Assembly: GCA_963663275.1 (NCBI GenBank)
Contig: OY760183.1
Coordinates: 1,632,001-1,696,000 of the forward strand
DNA: 64,000 nucleotides
DNA from: Chloroflexota bacterium
GTDB taxonomy: Bacteria; Chloroflexota; UBA11872; VXOZ01
Direction: 5' to 3'
The position numbers were made by a program, and so were the translations under genes. The notes beneath the pieces were generated by a model. That model worked only from the letters and a program-made list of their open reading frames with translations, was not told the origin of the DNA and did not search any database. Below, piece after piece: positions 1 to 13,910 of the stretch. How positions within the stretch are numbered: the stretch's first letter is position 1; each line of letters opens with the position of its first letter.

Positions 1-2417
1 GTTGCCGCCGCCAGCCGCCGCAGGAGGCGATAATTGGTCTCGAAACTCAGGAATTCGGCCGCCACCGGCACCACCGCGCCGGTGATTTGCTCCACCACGG
101 GCGTATCGCCGTCATACTGGGTGATGCGCAGGGCGTAGACGCCGGCCTTATCGGTGGTCAGCGTGCCGCCGTACCGTCCCGGCGCGGTCTGGGGCAACGT
201 GAGCGAGAACGCGCGCTGTTCCGGTCCGGCCACCTCCACCCGCGTATCGAGCAAGTTGCGGACGTTGCCCTGGTCGTCCACCGAATCTACCGCGAGCGTT
301 ACCTCGCTGCCGTCCACGCGCACCTGCGTCGCCAGTTGCGGGTTGAGGGGGCTTGGCATGGTCCAGCGCACCATTTGCGCCCAGAAGCGTTGATTGTCTG
401 GCCACTCGCCCCAATCCGCCGCCCAGTCCTGTCCCGCGTCGCTGGTCCACGCCACGGAGCGGCCCAGCCCGTACTGCCACTGGGCCAGGATGACCTCGCT
501 GGTGTCGGAGAGCAGGGGCGTTTCCGCGGCCGGTTTCGCCTCCGTGCGCACGAACGCCGAGAGATTGGGCAGGGAATCCGGCAGGATGGCGCGCAGGATC
601 GGGCTGGCCGCCACCACCTGCGGCTGGAAGAGGCGGCTCATGATGAGCGAGCGGCTGGCGCGTTGGCTCTCTTTCGTTACCACCTGGGGGATATTCTCCG
701 GCACGTCGGCGTAGTAGTAGCGGCCGTCGCCCTGCCGCACCAGCCGCTGCAAGAGGTTTTGGTCGGCGTCGGCGCCCACCGCCACCGCCGAGAGGGTGAT
801 GTGGTCGCGCCTCATGCGGGTCATCAAGGTTTCCCAGAGGCCGGGCGCGGAGGTTGACTGGCCGTCGGTGACCAGGATGATGTGCTTCACCTGGGCCGGG
901 GTGCGGCGGAGCGTATCGTAGGCCAGTTGCAGGGCATTGTAGATGTCGGTGCCGCCGCCGGCCTCGATGGTAGAGACGCGCCGCACCACGTTGCGGGCGT
1001 CCTCGGCGTCGTTCACCGGCGCGGGGCGCACCACCCACTGGGGCGTGTACTCGAACGCCAACACGCCCAGCACGTCACCGGCCTGGAGAATCTCCACCGC
1101 CTGCGCCGCCGCCTCCCGCGCCATGGCGATCTTCGATACCGGAGCACCCTCGTTCATGCTGCCCGACTTGTCGATGAGCAGCGCCAGCGCCAGGGTGGGC
1201 AACTCTTCGTGGTCCGGCGGCTGCGAGATGACCGGCAACGCGCGTTCCAGGGGCGTGCCGCCGTAGTCGCCCATGCCGAACGAGGCCGCGCCGCCCAGCG
1301 CGACCAGGCCGCCGCCAAGGCGTTGCACGTAGGTTTGCAGCGCAGCCATCTGCTGGTCGGTGAGCAAGGAGGCCGGCACGTTCACCAGCACCACGCTGGA
1401 GACGCCGTCCAGGTCTTCCGGGCGCGCCGGAAGCTGGGCCGGCGTGACGTTCTGGGCCTGGATGCCGGCCGCCTGGAGCGCCTGGGTGAGAATGAGCGCG
1501 TCCCCGGTGACGCTCTCCACCACCAGCACCTCGCCCTTCGGCCCCACCTGGGAATAGCCGTAGGCGTCGTTGTTCTGCGGACGCTGGTCGTCGGGCGCTA
1601 CCACCTGGGCGCGGAAAGAGTAGAACCCCTCTTCCAGGCCGGGCTGCTGGATGGTGAAGGCGTTTTGCCCGTATTCGAGATTGACCGGCCCCTCGCTGAC
1701 GAGGGTCTCGTTCATGAACAGGCGCAGTACCGCTTCACCGCGCAGCGTGGAGGTCACCGCGACCCGCACCTCGAAACTCGCATCCGCGCGCAGGGCCGGC
1801 GGCGGCGCCACCTCGGTCACGGCGGCGTCCACGCCCGGCTCGGCCAGGAGCGGCACCACGTCCACCTGCACGCCCTGGGCCGCGACCACCTCCGCGGCGC
1901 GCATCACGTCGCCGGCCGTTTGGTTGCCGTCGGAGAGCAGCACGATGCGTTGCGGCGCGTCTGGCGGGAAGAATGAGGCGGCCATCTGCAGCGCGTTGGC
2001 GATGTTGGTGCGTTCGTCGCCGCCCGCGGGCGGTTCGCCTTCGTCCGGCGCGCCGCGGCCGAACGGCTGCTCGATGCGGGTTTCCGCGCCGAAGGTCAGG
2101 AGCGCGTATGCGTCATCCGGCGCGCGGGCATCGACCGCTCTTTCGATCCACTGGCGCGCGGCGGCCTGGGTTGCCGGGGGCACGCTGGCGGAAGTATCGA
2201 GCAGAAAGATCGTATTGACCGGTCCGCCCGGCAGCGGCAGCCGCAATCCGGCCAGCGCGGCGATGAGCAGCGCGACCGCCAGCAGGCGCAGCGTTGTGGC
2301 CAGCGCCAGCGTGCGCCGCGAAAGCTGCATCACGCCCCGCCAGGCAATGAGAATGACAAAGACCCAGGCGAGCGGGATCAGGAGCAGCAGCCACGGTTGT
2401 GTGAAGTATGCAAGCAT
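1..2417 (-). CDS. VWA domain-containing membrane protein with glutamine amidotransferase-like domains (partial, runs off left edge)
   Basis: Not in ORF track because no stop lies in the window. ATG at 2417 reads MLAYFTQPWLLLLIP; MIDAS-type motifs LLDTSASV and LIDKSGSM, SDGNQT, and a late RFWAQMVRWT segment. Starts 2 nt after the upstream stop. Confidence 0.85.
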   Translation of the reverse strand, partial: MLAYFTQPWLLLLIPLAWVFVILIAWRGVMQLSRRTLALATTLRLLAVALLIAALAGLRLPLPGGPVNTIFLLDTSASVPPATQAAARQWIERAVDARAPDDAYALLTFGAETRIEQPFGRGAPDEGEPPAGGDERTNIANALQMAASFFPPDAPQRIVLLSDGNQTAGDVMRAAEVVAAQGVQVDVVPLLAEPGVDAAVTEVAPPPALRADASFEVRVAVTSTLRGEAVLRLFMNETLVSEGPVNLEYGQNAFTIQQPGLEEGFYSFRAQVVAPDDQRPQNNDAYGYSQVGPKGEVLVVESVTGDALILTQALQAAGIQAQNVTPAQLPARPEDLDGVSSVVLVNVPASLLTDQQMAALQTYVQRLGGGLVALGGAASFGMGDYGGTPLERALPVISQPPDHEELPTLALALLIDKSGSMNEGAPVSKIAMAREAAAQAVEILQAGDVLGVLAFEYTPQWVVRPAPVNDAEDARNVVRRVSTIEAGGGTDIYNALQLAYDTLRRTPAQVKHIILVTDGQSTSAPGLWETLMTRMRRDHITLSAVAVGADADQNLLQRLVRQGDGRYYYADVPENIPQVVTKESQRASRSLIMSRLFQPQVVAASPILRAILPDSLPNLSAFVRTEAKPAAETPLLSDTSEVILAQWQYGLGRSVAWTSDAGQDWAADWGEWPDNQRFWAQMVRWTMPSPLNPQLATQVRVDGSEVTLAVDSVDDQGNVRNLLDTRVEVAGPEQRAFSLTLPQTAPGRYGGTLTTDKAGVYALRITQYDGDTPVVEQITGAVVPVAAEFLSFETNYRLLRRLAAA

Positions 2418-2419
2418 CG

Positions 2420-4285
2420 CTAGGTGCGCACGCGGTGGTACCAGACCCACTCGAAGAGCAGGAGAATGAGCGCGAACAGCGCAAGGAACCACCAGAATTC
2501 CTGGAAGACGGGCAATTCCACCGGCGGCACGGCGGCCTCGCCGCCGGCAAGCGCGGGCAATTGCGCCCCCACGTTGGCTTCCGCGCCCGCGGCGAGCCCG
2601 GCAGTCTCCTGGAGGCTAACGATGAAGATCTCGCGGTAGATCTCCTGCTCTCCCGCGTAGTGCGCCACCTGGTAAACGCCCAGTTCCTCCGTGGCGGAGA
2701 AGGGGATGCGCTGGCGGCCCGCGAAGGCAACGCGCCCGCCGCCCGGCTGTTCCACCACCAGGCGGTCGGCATGGGGATGCAATCCAAGCTCGATTACGTC
2801 CTGCGGCTGCGCGTGGGCGACCGTCTCCTGAATGCGGTACGGGTTGAGCCACTGGTAGACGTTTCCCATCAGCACCGGAAAGGCGGTGCGCAGCGGCAGG
2901 TTGCTCCGCAGCAGCGAGAATGAGAAGACCACCATGCGCCGCCCGTCGAGCGTGCCGCTGAAGAGCAGCGGGCCGCGATTGCTGCCGATAAGTTCGTCCG
3001 CCCAGGGCGGCAGTTCCAGGCGCTGGGCGCGGGAGACGCGCAGGTCGCGGAGGTCCACGAACCGCATGAGGTCGTGCTCCTGCGCCACGAACGCCACCGG
3101 CGGCTCCATGATTTCGCCGGTCACCGGCAGGAACGGAGCGCCGGCCGGCGGGTCGAAGATGAGCCAGTTGCCGGGCGGCAGCGCGTCCGGCAGCCAGCCG
3201 TCGAAGATGTAGAGGTCGTAGACGTCCGCAGGCCGGTACTCCGCCGGCAGCGCGTGGTCAAGCGCGAGAAAGGGAAACGACGCCAGCGCCGTGCTGAGGA
3301 AGAAGGGCGTGTCCGAGACCAGCAGCGCGCGCAGCACCGGCGGCGGGGTGAGGATGGCCGCGGCGCGGTCGTCCGCCGCCAGCGCGTCCTCGTGGTCCAG
3401 CGCGGCGTCGACGCGAGCGGTTCCGGCGGGAAAGTCGCCAAAGACGACGTCCAGCGAGGAGCCCGGCTGCGGATAGGGCGCAAGAGTGATCTTGCGCCGC
3501 TCCAGCGGCTGGCCGTCCGCCAGAATCGCCAAGGGCACGGTGGCGGGCTGGGCGCTGTAGTTTTGGACCTGCACAAAGGCCTGGAGGCTATCCAGGTGGC
3601 GGCGGACGGCGAAGGCACTGATGCCTTGGTTATTCGCCGGCGCGCCTACCCGCGCGAAACGCACCGTGGCGTTGAGCGACCCGGGGATGGTGGGCGCGCC
3701 AAAACTGCCGTCGGTGTAGAGGAAGACCTCGCTGCCGGGCAGGGCGTCGGCCAGCGAGACCGCCAGTTGCAGGGCGCGATCCGTATCGCCCACGGCGGCG
3801 GTCTGGGTGATGCTCTCGATGGCGGCGCGGGCCTCCTCCAGCGATCGCGTCTGGTAGACGAGCACGGCGGGCTGGTTGCCGAAACTCATCACGGTGAGCC
3901 GGTCGCCCGGCTCTCTGAGCGCCGCCTGCGCCAGCGCGGCGGCCTTGGCCTCTTCCAGCCGCGTGGAGTCGCCGAAGGCCACGCTCATGCTCGCCGAGGC
4001 GTCGATCACGTGCACCACGTGGCGCTGGGGCAGCGTATCGGCCGTGCGCTCCGGGCGCGCCAGCACCAAGGCGAGTAAGAGCACGGCGAGGAGTTGCAGG
4101 AGGAGCAGCAGGTGGCGCCGCAGCCGTTGCCAGAGGGTGAGCGCCTGCTCGCGCTGCGCCAGGTCGCGCCAGAGGAATACGCTGGGCACCTCCACGCGCA
4201 GGCTGCGCGGGCGCAGAATGTAGAAGAGCAACACCAGCCCGGCCAGCGCCGCCCACGCCAGGGCCAGAGGTACCAGCAGACTCAT
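2420..4285 (-). CDS. BatA N-terminal plus VWA domain membrane protein
   Basis: N-terminal BatA-like segment (LLFYILRPR..VPSVFLW..LLLLLQLLA..LARP), VIDASASM MIDAS, YTDG, C-terminal TM with LLFEW. Start moved to ATG 4285 (ATGA overlap with DUF58 stop). Confidence 0.88.
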   Translation of the reverse strand: MSLLVPLALAWAALAGLVLLFYILRPRSLRVEVPSVFLWRDLAQREQALTLWQRLRRHLLLLLQLLAVLLLALVLARPERTADTLPQRHVVHVIDASASMSVAFGDSTRLEEAKAAALAQAALREPGDRLTVMSFGNQPAVLVYQTRSLEEARAAIESITQTAAVGDTDRALQLAVSLADALPGSEVFLYTDGSFGAPTIPGSLNATVRFARVGAPANNQGISAFAVRRHLDSLQAFVQVQNYSAQPATVPLAILADGQPLERRKITLAPYPQPGSSLDVVFGDFPAGTARVDAALDHEDALAADDRAAAILTPPPVLRALLVSDTPFFLSTALASFPFLALDHALPAEYRPADVYDLYIFDGWLPDALPPGNWLIFDPPAGAPFLPVTGEIMEPPVAFVAQEHDLMRFVDLRDLRVSRAQRLELPPWADELIGSNRGPLLFSGTLDGRRMVVFSFSLLRSNLPLRTAFPVLMGNVYQWLNPYRIQETVAHAQPQDVIELGLHPHADRLVVEQPGGGRVAFAGRQRIPFSATEELGVYQVAHYAGEQEIYREIFIVSLQETAGLAAGAEANVGAQLPALAGGEAAVPPVELPVFQEFWWFLALFALILLLFEWVWYHRVRT

Positions 4286-5165
4286 AGCACCACTCTCCGC
4301 AGCAACCGCTGGAACACCACCTCTTCCAGCGGCCACGAGGTTTCCAGGCGCACGTAGCGCGCGTTGCGCCGCCCGCAGAAGGTCTCAAGCTGGTCCGCCC
4401 AGGCGAGGGCGTGCTCGCGGTACTGGTTCAGGGTTTCCGCGTCCGCGGCCACGTTGATGCTCCGGCCGGTTTCCCGGTCAACCAAGCTCAACTCGCCGCT
4501 CAGTTGCGGGTTGATCTCCGCCCAATCGAGCACGTGGAGCAGGACGAGTTCGTGTCCGGCCTCTTGAATGGCCGTGATGCCCCGGTAGGCGTCCTCGGTC
4601 ATCATGTCCGAAATCAGAATTACCAGGCCGCGCTGGGCGTTGCGGGCGGTGTAGTGGCGCATGGCCGCCACCAGGGAGGTGGCGCCGCCGACCGATTCCG
4701 CCTGCTCCAGAAAGTCGAAGTAGCGCAGGATGAAGGCGCGCCCCTGGGCCGGGGCGAAATACTGCTCGATCGTCTCGCTGAAGACCGCCGTGGAGAGCAC
4801 GTCGTCGCGGTTGAGCGCGATGTAACCCAGGCTGCCGGCCAGGGACTTGGCGTACCTGAATTTGTTCTGCCGTCCCCAATCCATCGAGCGGCTGCCGTCC
4901 ACCAGCACGTGCACGGCCAGGTGCTCTTCGGCTTCGCGCAGCTTGATATACAGGCGGTTGGAGCGGCCAAAGACGTTCCAGTCCACGTGGCGGAAGTCGT
5001 CGCCGGGGCTGTAGTTGCGGTAGTCGGCGAATTCGATCGAAGAGCCGAACTGGCGGCTGCGCCGCCCGCCGCCGCTGACCATGCCGTAGCCGCGCCGGCT
5101 GATCAGTTGCAGGCGATCCAGCCGCCGCAGGAAGGCGTGGTCGATCAGGGCCGAGGGACTCGGCT

Positions 5166-5169
<4 letters not shown>
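4282..5169 (-). CDS. DUF58 family protein
   Basis: EFADYRNYSPGDDFRHVDWN signature, DGSRSM, ISD; lies directly downstream of MoxR. Confidence 0.92.
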
Positions 5170-6163
<994 letters not shown>

Positions 6164-6167
<4 letters not shown>

Positions 6168-7876
6168 GGTGCTTGCTCCAGGGCGTTTGAGAGGGCGTTG
6201 AAGTACTGTTGGACGTAGTCGGCGACGGTCCAGGGCACGAAGTGGCTGGCGCCGCCGGTGGAGACGATGGCGTTGCCGGCGTCGGTCACGCCGAATTGTG
6301 CGGGCGCCGCGCCCGCGCCGGGCACGGCCACCGGCGCGCGCTGCGGCGACCAGCGCGACGGGCCGACGCCTCTATCCGCCAGCACCACCGAGGGCTTCTG
6401 TTCGACCTGCAAGCGCGGCGCTTCCGGGCCCGGCTGGAACGACTCCTCGCCGGTGTTGCCGCCGCCCTGGCTGGGGCCGCCGCCGGGGGCGGACTGGAGT
6501 TGCCAGGAGTCCTGCCGCCGCGACGGCCCGGACTGCTCCGTCACGCCGGCGGTATTGAAGGCTTGTTGCGATTGCGCGCTTTGCTGCTCTCCGCCCGTTT
6601 GCGCCCCCGCTTCCTCGCCGCCGGCGCCGGCGCGCAGTTGCTCCGCCTGCGCCTCGAGTTGCTGCTGCGTGCGGATGCGCTCGCCGCGCTCTTGAATGGC
6701 GTCACCAAGTTCCTGCAACTCACGCTGCGTCTCCCGGTCGTTGTAGGAAGCGACCTCGCGGCTCACGTCCGCCAGTTCCTGCGCCAGGCGCGGATCCACC
6801 GCCTCGGCGCGCTCGGCGGCTTTGGTGAAGGCTTCGGTCATGTCGTTGCGGTCCTCGCGGGAGAGGTCGCGCACGTTTTGCGCCAACTGTTCCAGGGCCT
6901 GCGCCGCCTGCTCGTAGTTGCCCTGTTGCAGGTTCTGCCCGGCGCTGCGGGAGGGCCGCGCCTGTGAGAGCTCGCGTCCTACCTCCGCCAGGGCGGTTTC
7001 CTGCTGGTTGACGTGGGGATTGCGCGCTTCCTCCAACTGTTGGGCAAGGTCGGATAGACCCGCCTCGCCTTGCCCGCGCTCACCGGACTCTTCCTCTTCC
7101 CCCGCCTGGCCTTGCTGCCCGGCGTTCTGTGGTTGCGTGCCGTCGGCCTGGGTCAGCAGGGGCTGGGTCTGCTCGGGTTGCGTCGGGTCCTGCGCCGCCG
7201 GTTCGGCAAGTTCCCCGGCGGCCGCCGGGCTCTGCGTCTCTTCTCCCACCACCAGCGCGTCGGGCGGCGTGGGTTCGAGCAGCGTGCCCTCGCGCGCGGC
7301 CGCCACCTGGTGCGCCAGGGGCGCGAGCGGCGCGAACTGGCCGGCCATGTAGGGGAAGATTTCCCAGAAGAAGAGCGCCGACAACGACACGAACAGCAGC
7401 AGCGTGTCCCACTGCGTCAGGCGCAAGGGGAACGCCCGCCTGGGTTCGATGTCCGCCGCGTGGCGCGTTGCGTCGGCCAGGAGCGCCGCGCGGAACGGGC
7501 TGGGGGGAGTAAGCCCCAGCACCTCGACCGCCGAGGCCAGGCGCTCGGACAAGGCCAGGCGGGCGTCGTAGGCTTTAGCGACGTCCAGCGCGCTCCGCCG
7601 CCGCAAGAGGGTGGGCGCGAGCACTACCGCGAAGACGCCGGCCGCCAGCAGCAGGCTGACGGAAAAGATGGGGAATTGCGGCGCGAGCAGCGAGCCGACC
7701 AACGAGAGGGATACGTAGAGCAGCGACGCTATCCACAACGCCCGCGCTCCCCGCAGCAGCACGGCGCGCAGCCGCAGCCGCCGGCCAAACCGCATAATGC
7801 GGTCTACGTACAAGGCCGCCGCGGCGTCGCCCTGCCCGGAGAGTTCAGCAGTTGCTGTGTTCGACGAGGTCGCCAC
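6164..7876 (-). CDS. Membrane protein with Q/E-rich coiled-coil C-terminus (MoxR operon partner)
   Basis: Three predicted TM segments, LSERLASAVE motif, long helical Q/E-rich region, C-terminal VP..YVQQYF; 4-nt overlap with moxR start. Confidence 0.75.
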
Positions 7877-8162
7877 GCTGATTGCCGCTTCCTAAGCCCC
7901 GGCGGCGACTTCACCGAAGAGGCCGACTTTACCGCGGGCGGCGGGTTCACCCATTGGCGGCTGCATGGATTCATTGCCCCCAGAACGCGGCGTCCGCGAC
8001 GCAATCCGGCAGCCCCCAGGCGCGCCCGCGCGCGCCAAACTCGTGTGGAAACGCAGCCTGCCCCCGGTCTGCTCCTTGCTACAATCTTACCTGACAGCCG
8101 CACACCCGTAAACGCAGCCGGAGTTATCGGCACGAGACGCGGCGCCTTTGCAGGGCTGCTCT

Positions 8163-8251
8163 GTCATTCCGAGCGCAGCGCAGCGGAGAGAGGAATCTAG
8201 CGCTCGCTGCCAGAACGTCGGTTCTAGATTCCTCGCTCCGCTCGGAATGAC
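8163..8251. repeat. GTCATTCC-family palindromic doublet (REP/REPIN-like)
   Basis: GTCATTCCGAGCG..AGGAATCT ... AGATTCCTCGCTCCGCTCGGAATGAC; copies recur at 16563, 21008, 34451, 41439. Confidence 0.9.
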
Positions 8252-8425
8252 ATGAAATCTAGTTGGAATGACGTGAAACCTAGCCCGATGGAGAGGTCAG
8301 CTCTGGATCTGCTTATTGCCAACGCGGCGGTGATTGAAGCGCCTGATACGCTATGCTACTATGGCACCCAAATACCCGCCTACCGTAGCAAGCGACTATT
8401 GCTGTGCCGATTGCAGGAGGACACG

Positions 8426-10387
<1,962 letters not shown>

Positions 10388-10444
10388 GGAGGCTACCCGG
10401 AGGGGAGTCTGGATTACGAAGCGGGAAGTGCCAGGAACGAAAGC

Positions 10445-10479
10445 GGCGGGCTCTGCGGTTGACGACCGCAGGGCCCGCC
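10445..10479 (+). terminator. GC-rich hairpin downstream of acs (terminator-like)
   Basis: 15-bp stem GGCGGGCTCTGCGGT/ACCGCAGGGCCCGCC with one G-U pair; no clear U-tract. Confidence 0.45.
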
Positions 10480-10540
10480 AATGTCCCTTAACGAAAGAAA
10501 CCTCCACCGCGTCAACAAACGGGAGAGGTTTCCCCTTCTC

Positions 10541-10774
10541 GGAGGCGGGGGACAAGCCCCAATGCTGTCGCATTAAACACAATGAGAGTGAAAACAACGC
10601 TCGTTTCTCCGGTAGCGCAGGTTTGTAACCTGCGTCTTCCGTAGGGTCAATCCATTTCGTTCTCACTTTGCTTGCTCCGGCGGGGGACAAGCCCCCGCGC
10701 TACGTTTACGCGACAGCATTGGGGACAAGCCCCCGCGCTACGTGTCTTGGATTCCTCGCTGCGCTCGGAATGAC
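10541..10774. repeat. Mosaic cluster of GTAG-type REP-like palindromes plus a GTCATTCC half element
   Basis: GGGGACAAGCCCC(CGCGCTAC) at ~10546, 10681, 10721; GGTAGCGCAGGTTTGTAACCTGCG at 10611; GATTCCTCGCTGCGCTCGGAATGAC at 10750. Confidence 0.88.
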
Positions 10775-10811
10775 TCTTGGCCGGTCTATCGTGCCGGGTA
10801 TTGCTTGGCGG

Positions 10812-11186
10812 CTACTTTACGGCTACCGCTACCCGCTCCGCCGCCACCGGCTCTTCCTCGCCGGGATTGAGCCACCGCTCGCCGTACTCGCGCATCATTT
10901 CCAGCACCGGCACCAGCGCGCTGCCTTTTTCGGTGAGGGCGTATTCCACGCGCGGCGGGATTTCGGCGTAGGCGCGGCGGGTGATGATCTCTTCTTCTTC
11001 CAGCGTGCGGAGGCGTTCCACAAGCGTATTGGGGCTGATGCCTTCCAGGGAGCGTTCCAAGGTGCAGAAGCGCTGGGGGCTGGCGGCAAGGTCGCGCAGG
11101 ATCAGCAGCGTCCAGCGACCGCAAATCAACGAGGCGGTGCGCGCAATCGCGCACTCGACTTCCTTATCCGAACAGCGAGTGGACAT
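10812..11186 (-). CDS. HxlR-family winged-helix transcriptional regulator
   Basis: CAIARTASLICGRWTLLIL..RF..GISPNTLVERLRTLE..IPPRVEYALTEKG; start moved to ATG 11186. Confidence 0.92.
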   Translation of the reverse strand: MSTRCSDKEVECAIARTASLICGRWTLLILRDLAASPQRFCTLERSLEGISPNTLVERLRTLEEEEIITRRAYAEIPPRVEYALTEKGSALVPVLEMMREYGERWLNPGEEEPVAAERVAVAVK

Positions 11187-11425
11187 GGCAACCTCTGCAC
11201 TCCGCTGCGGGCGGAATCGCCCACCTTGCACTCGCGCCACTTGATTCGATTGTAGCGCAGCCCTGGCGCTACGGTCAAACCGAACGCGCGCTTTCTCTAT
11301 TGCCAATTGTGCTTAAAAGCGTATCAATCCGCTCCATGCCGCCACGCGCGCCCGCGTCCCTGTTGACGACTATGCCCTCCATACGATATAAGAAGTCGCA
11401 GTACCGAAAGGATGTTGAGTTCGCT

Positions 11426-11896
11426 ATGGCACGACGAATTGGAATCTCACTGCTCTTCAGCCTCATCGTGGGACTGGCGGCGGTAACGCCGGCCGCGGCG
11501 TTCTCGTTCGTCGTGGAGAATGAAGACGGCACGCTGACGAACCTGACGCGCGCGCGGCCGCCGGCATTCCGGCGCGATCAATCGACGTACACGGTAACGC
11601 AGGTGGAATTCGGCAACGCGACCTACTATCATCCGTCGCTGCACGGCGGCACCATGGCAAACGGCGAGATCTACGATCGCTACGACCCCATCATCGCCGC
11701 CAGCCCGTTCTTCCCGATGGGCACGGTGGTGCGCGTCACGCGGCTTTCCACGGGCGCGAGCATCATGGTCGTCGTGAAAGACCGCGCCCCGGCGCCGGGC
11801 TTCATGTGGATCGACCTCAGCGAAGCGGCGTTCATCCAGTTGGCGCCGTTCGTTACCGGCCGCTTCGACGTGCGCATGGAGTTGTTGAGCCAGTGA
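11426..11896 (+). CDS. Secreted RlpA-like (double-psi beta-barrel) protein
   Basis: Signal peptide (..PAAA-F), GNATYY..GGTMANGEIYD, FPMGTVVRVT, VKDRAP, IDLSEAAF. Confidence 0.85.
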   Translation: MARRIGISLLFSLIVGLAAVTPAAAFSFVVENEDGTLTNLTRARPPAFRRDQSTYTVTQVEFGNATYYHPSLHGGTMANGEIYDRYDPIIAASPFFPMGTVVRVTRLSTGASIMVVVKDRAPAPGFMWIDLSEAAFIQLAPFVTGRFDVRMELLSQ

Positions 11897-11930
11897 TCCC
11901 GGCCCTCGGCGTTCCGCCCGGACTTGCGCC

Positions 11931-12911
11931 GTGAAGAGCGGCGCGTACACCATCGAGCCGCTCACGCCGGCGCCTGAACACGTGGGCGGCATCCGCGAAG
12001 AGCTTAACCTGCTCACCTACGGCCCCAGCGACATCCTGCTGGCCAAAGACGGCGGCGCGATCGCGGGCGCGGTGCGCCTGGCCCTGCGGGAGGACGCCCG
12101 CCGCCGCCACGGCCTCATTGCCGATCTGACCGCGCATGAAGACTATGCGCGCCAGGGGCTTGAGGATGCGCTGATCGCCGCCGCCGAAGAGCGCCTGAAG
12201 TCCAGAGGCGTGACGAAGATCGACGCCGTCGTGCGCGACGGCGAGGGCGCTACCGTGCCCTTCTACGAACGCGGCTACTGGGCCGCCCGCAAGATGGTGC
12301 TGCTCACGTGGGATCTGAACTCCCTGGACGACCTGGAAACGAGCCCGGCCTTCACCATCGAAGAGCAACCCGCTCCCGAGCCGGGGTTTCTCACCGACTT
12401 CGCGCTGAACAGCTACCAACCGTACTGGCGCTGGTGGAAAGAGTACAAGGAAGATACGCGCTGGCATCGCGTGGAATACCCGGCCGAACCGGAAGCGCCG
12501 CCCAGCGCGGCGCTGGCCCAGGAGATGCGCGCCCGCGTGGAAGCGCGCGCCGCCGCCTTTGGCACAACCGCCCCGCAGACGCTCTTTGCCGCGCGCATCG
12601 ACGGCGAGGCGGTCGCGCTCTGCGACGCCAAAGCCGCGGCGGACGACATTACGTTCGATTGGGGCTTGCTGGTGCGCCGCGACTTCGGCGGACGCCGCAT
12701 CGGCTCGGCGCTGCTGGGGCACGCGCTCCATTGGCTCAAGGCGCAAGGACTGGCGTCGGCGCGCATCGTTACTACATCGGGATTGGACGACTACGATCCT
12801 ACCGTGTATCTCTACGCCGCCGCCCACGGCGGCGTGATTCGCGCCGAATACCTGAATCTGGTGAAGCGCAGGCTGTACGGCGGGTCCGCCGGTGACCCGG
12901 AGCGAGGCTAG
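11931..12911 (+). CDS. Tandem GNAT-family acetyltransferase
   Basis: Two acetyl-CoA-binding motifs (AHEDYARQGLEDALI and VRRDFGGRRIGSALL) plus FYE-RGY. Confidence 0.8.
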   Translation: MKSGAYTIEPLTPAPEHVGGIREELNLLTYGPSDILLAKDGGAIAGAVRLALREDARRRHGLIADLTAHEDYARQGLEDALIAAAEERLKSRGVTKIDAVVRDGEGATVPFYERGYWAARKMVLLTWDLNSLDDLETSPAFTIEEQPAPEPGFLTDFALNSYQPYWRWWKEYKEDTRWHRVEYPAEPEAPPSAALAQEMRARVEARAAAFGTTAPQTLFAARIDGEAVALCDAKAAADDITFDWGLLVRRDFGGRRIGSALLGHALHWLKAQGLASARIVTTSGLDDYDPTVYLYAAAHGGVIRAEYLNLVKRRLYGGSAGDPERG

Positions 12912-12924
12912 CAGTCCAGCACGA

Positions 12925-13053
12925 TTGTATTGATGGGTAGCGTAGGTTTGTAACCTGCGCCATCCTGCCGTAGCGTGGAGCGACCGCGCCAAATCGAGGG
13001 CCTGGGCACAGGTTACAGACCTGTGCTACCGGCAATCCTACCCATCAATGCAA
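12925..13053. repeat. Inverted GTAG-REP pair with 16-bp outer inverted repeats (REPIN/MITE-like)
   Basis: TTGTATTGATGGGTAG ... CTACCCATCAATGCAA (15/16 match) enclosing two inverted GTAGCGYAGGTYTGTAACCTG copies. Confidence 0.75.
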
Positions 13054-13252
13054 GAGTGTCGAACCACTAGCCCCGGCCAGGCGCTTGCGGCTATGGGCAA
13101 ACGTCCACGCCTATAGGCGAGCGTTCACCCCCCGCGCCGCATATTCACTATTTCCCGAAAGTGTGGTAGTCTAAATCCGAACGCGACGACGCATCGCCGT
13201 ACCGGAATTCGCAGGAACCGCACAGAAACACGCATAGCAGGGAGCGCCCATC

Positions 13253-13858
13253 ATGGCTTTTACCGTGAAAGACCTCAAGTTCGGCAAGGATGCGCTGGAA
13301 GGCATATCCGAAAAGACCGTAACCGTGCACCACGATACGCTCTACGCGGGCTACGTGAACAAGCGCAACGAGATCGAGGAAGGCCTGAAGGGCGTGGACC
13401 GCTCCACGGCCAACCAGGCCTACAGCGCCTACCGCGCCCTGAAGCTGGAAGAGACCTTTGCCGCGGACGGCCAGATTCTGCACGAACTCTACTTCGATAC
13501 GCTTGGCGGCAACGGCGAGGCCGGCGGCGAACTGGCGGAGAAGATCGCCGAGGACTTCGGCTCCTGGGACGCTTTCATCGAGGACGCCCGCGCCTGCGCC
13601 ATGGCCGCCCGCGGCTGGATGGTGACCGCGCTCGACCCCACCGACGGCAAGATCCACAACTTCCTCTGCGACGTGCACAACCAAGGCGGCGTCTGGGGCA
13701 CGGTGCCGCTCTGGACGATCGATACCTACGAGCACGCTTACTTCATGGACTACGGCAGCGATCGGCCGTCCTACATTACGGCCCTGCTGCAGAACGTGGA
13801 CTGGGACGCGGTGAACGAGCGATACCAGGCGGCCAAGGCGTCGCTGGCGGCGCGCTAA
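13253..13858 (+). CDS. Fe/Mn-family superoxide dismutase
   Basis: Metal ligands in VHHDTLYAGYV, LHELYF and DTYEHAYFMDY; DFGSWDAF and RGW. Metal preference cannot be read from sequence. Confidence 0.93.
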   Translation: MAFTVKDLKFGKDALEGISEKTVTVHHDTLYAGYVNKRNEIEEGLKGVDRSTANQAYSAYRALKLEETFAADGQILHELYFDTLGGNGEAGGELAEKIAEDFGSWDAFIEDARACAMAARGWMVTALDPTDGKIHNFLCDVHNQGGVWGTVPLWTIDTYEHAYFMDYGSDRPSYITALLQNVDWDAVNERYQAAKASLAAR

Positions 13859-13910
13859 TCTGGCGGCCTCTCTCGGGCATTCCCGGCGAGTGTGATTACA
13901 ATCGAATATG

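Noticed and set aside
7880-8100. Riboswitch or ncRNA upstream of the MoxR operon (weak 18-bp periodicity)
   Set aside because: No recognisable conserved RNA motif; the periodicity is too short and degenerate to call.
8252-8425. Long N-terminal extensions in the ORF track (acs, HxlR, RlpA-like, secG, DrrA, metallophosphoesterase, 21408..22541)
   Set aside because: Downstream starts have RBSs and match family N-termini; the extensions overlap repeats or neighbouring genes.
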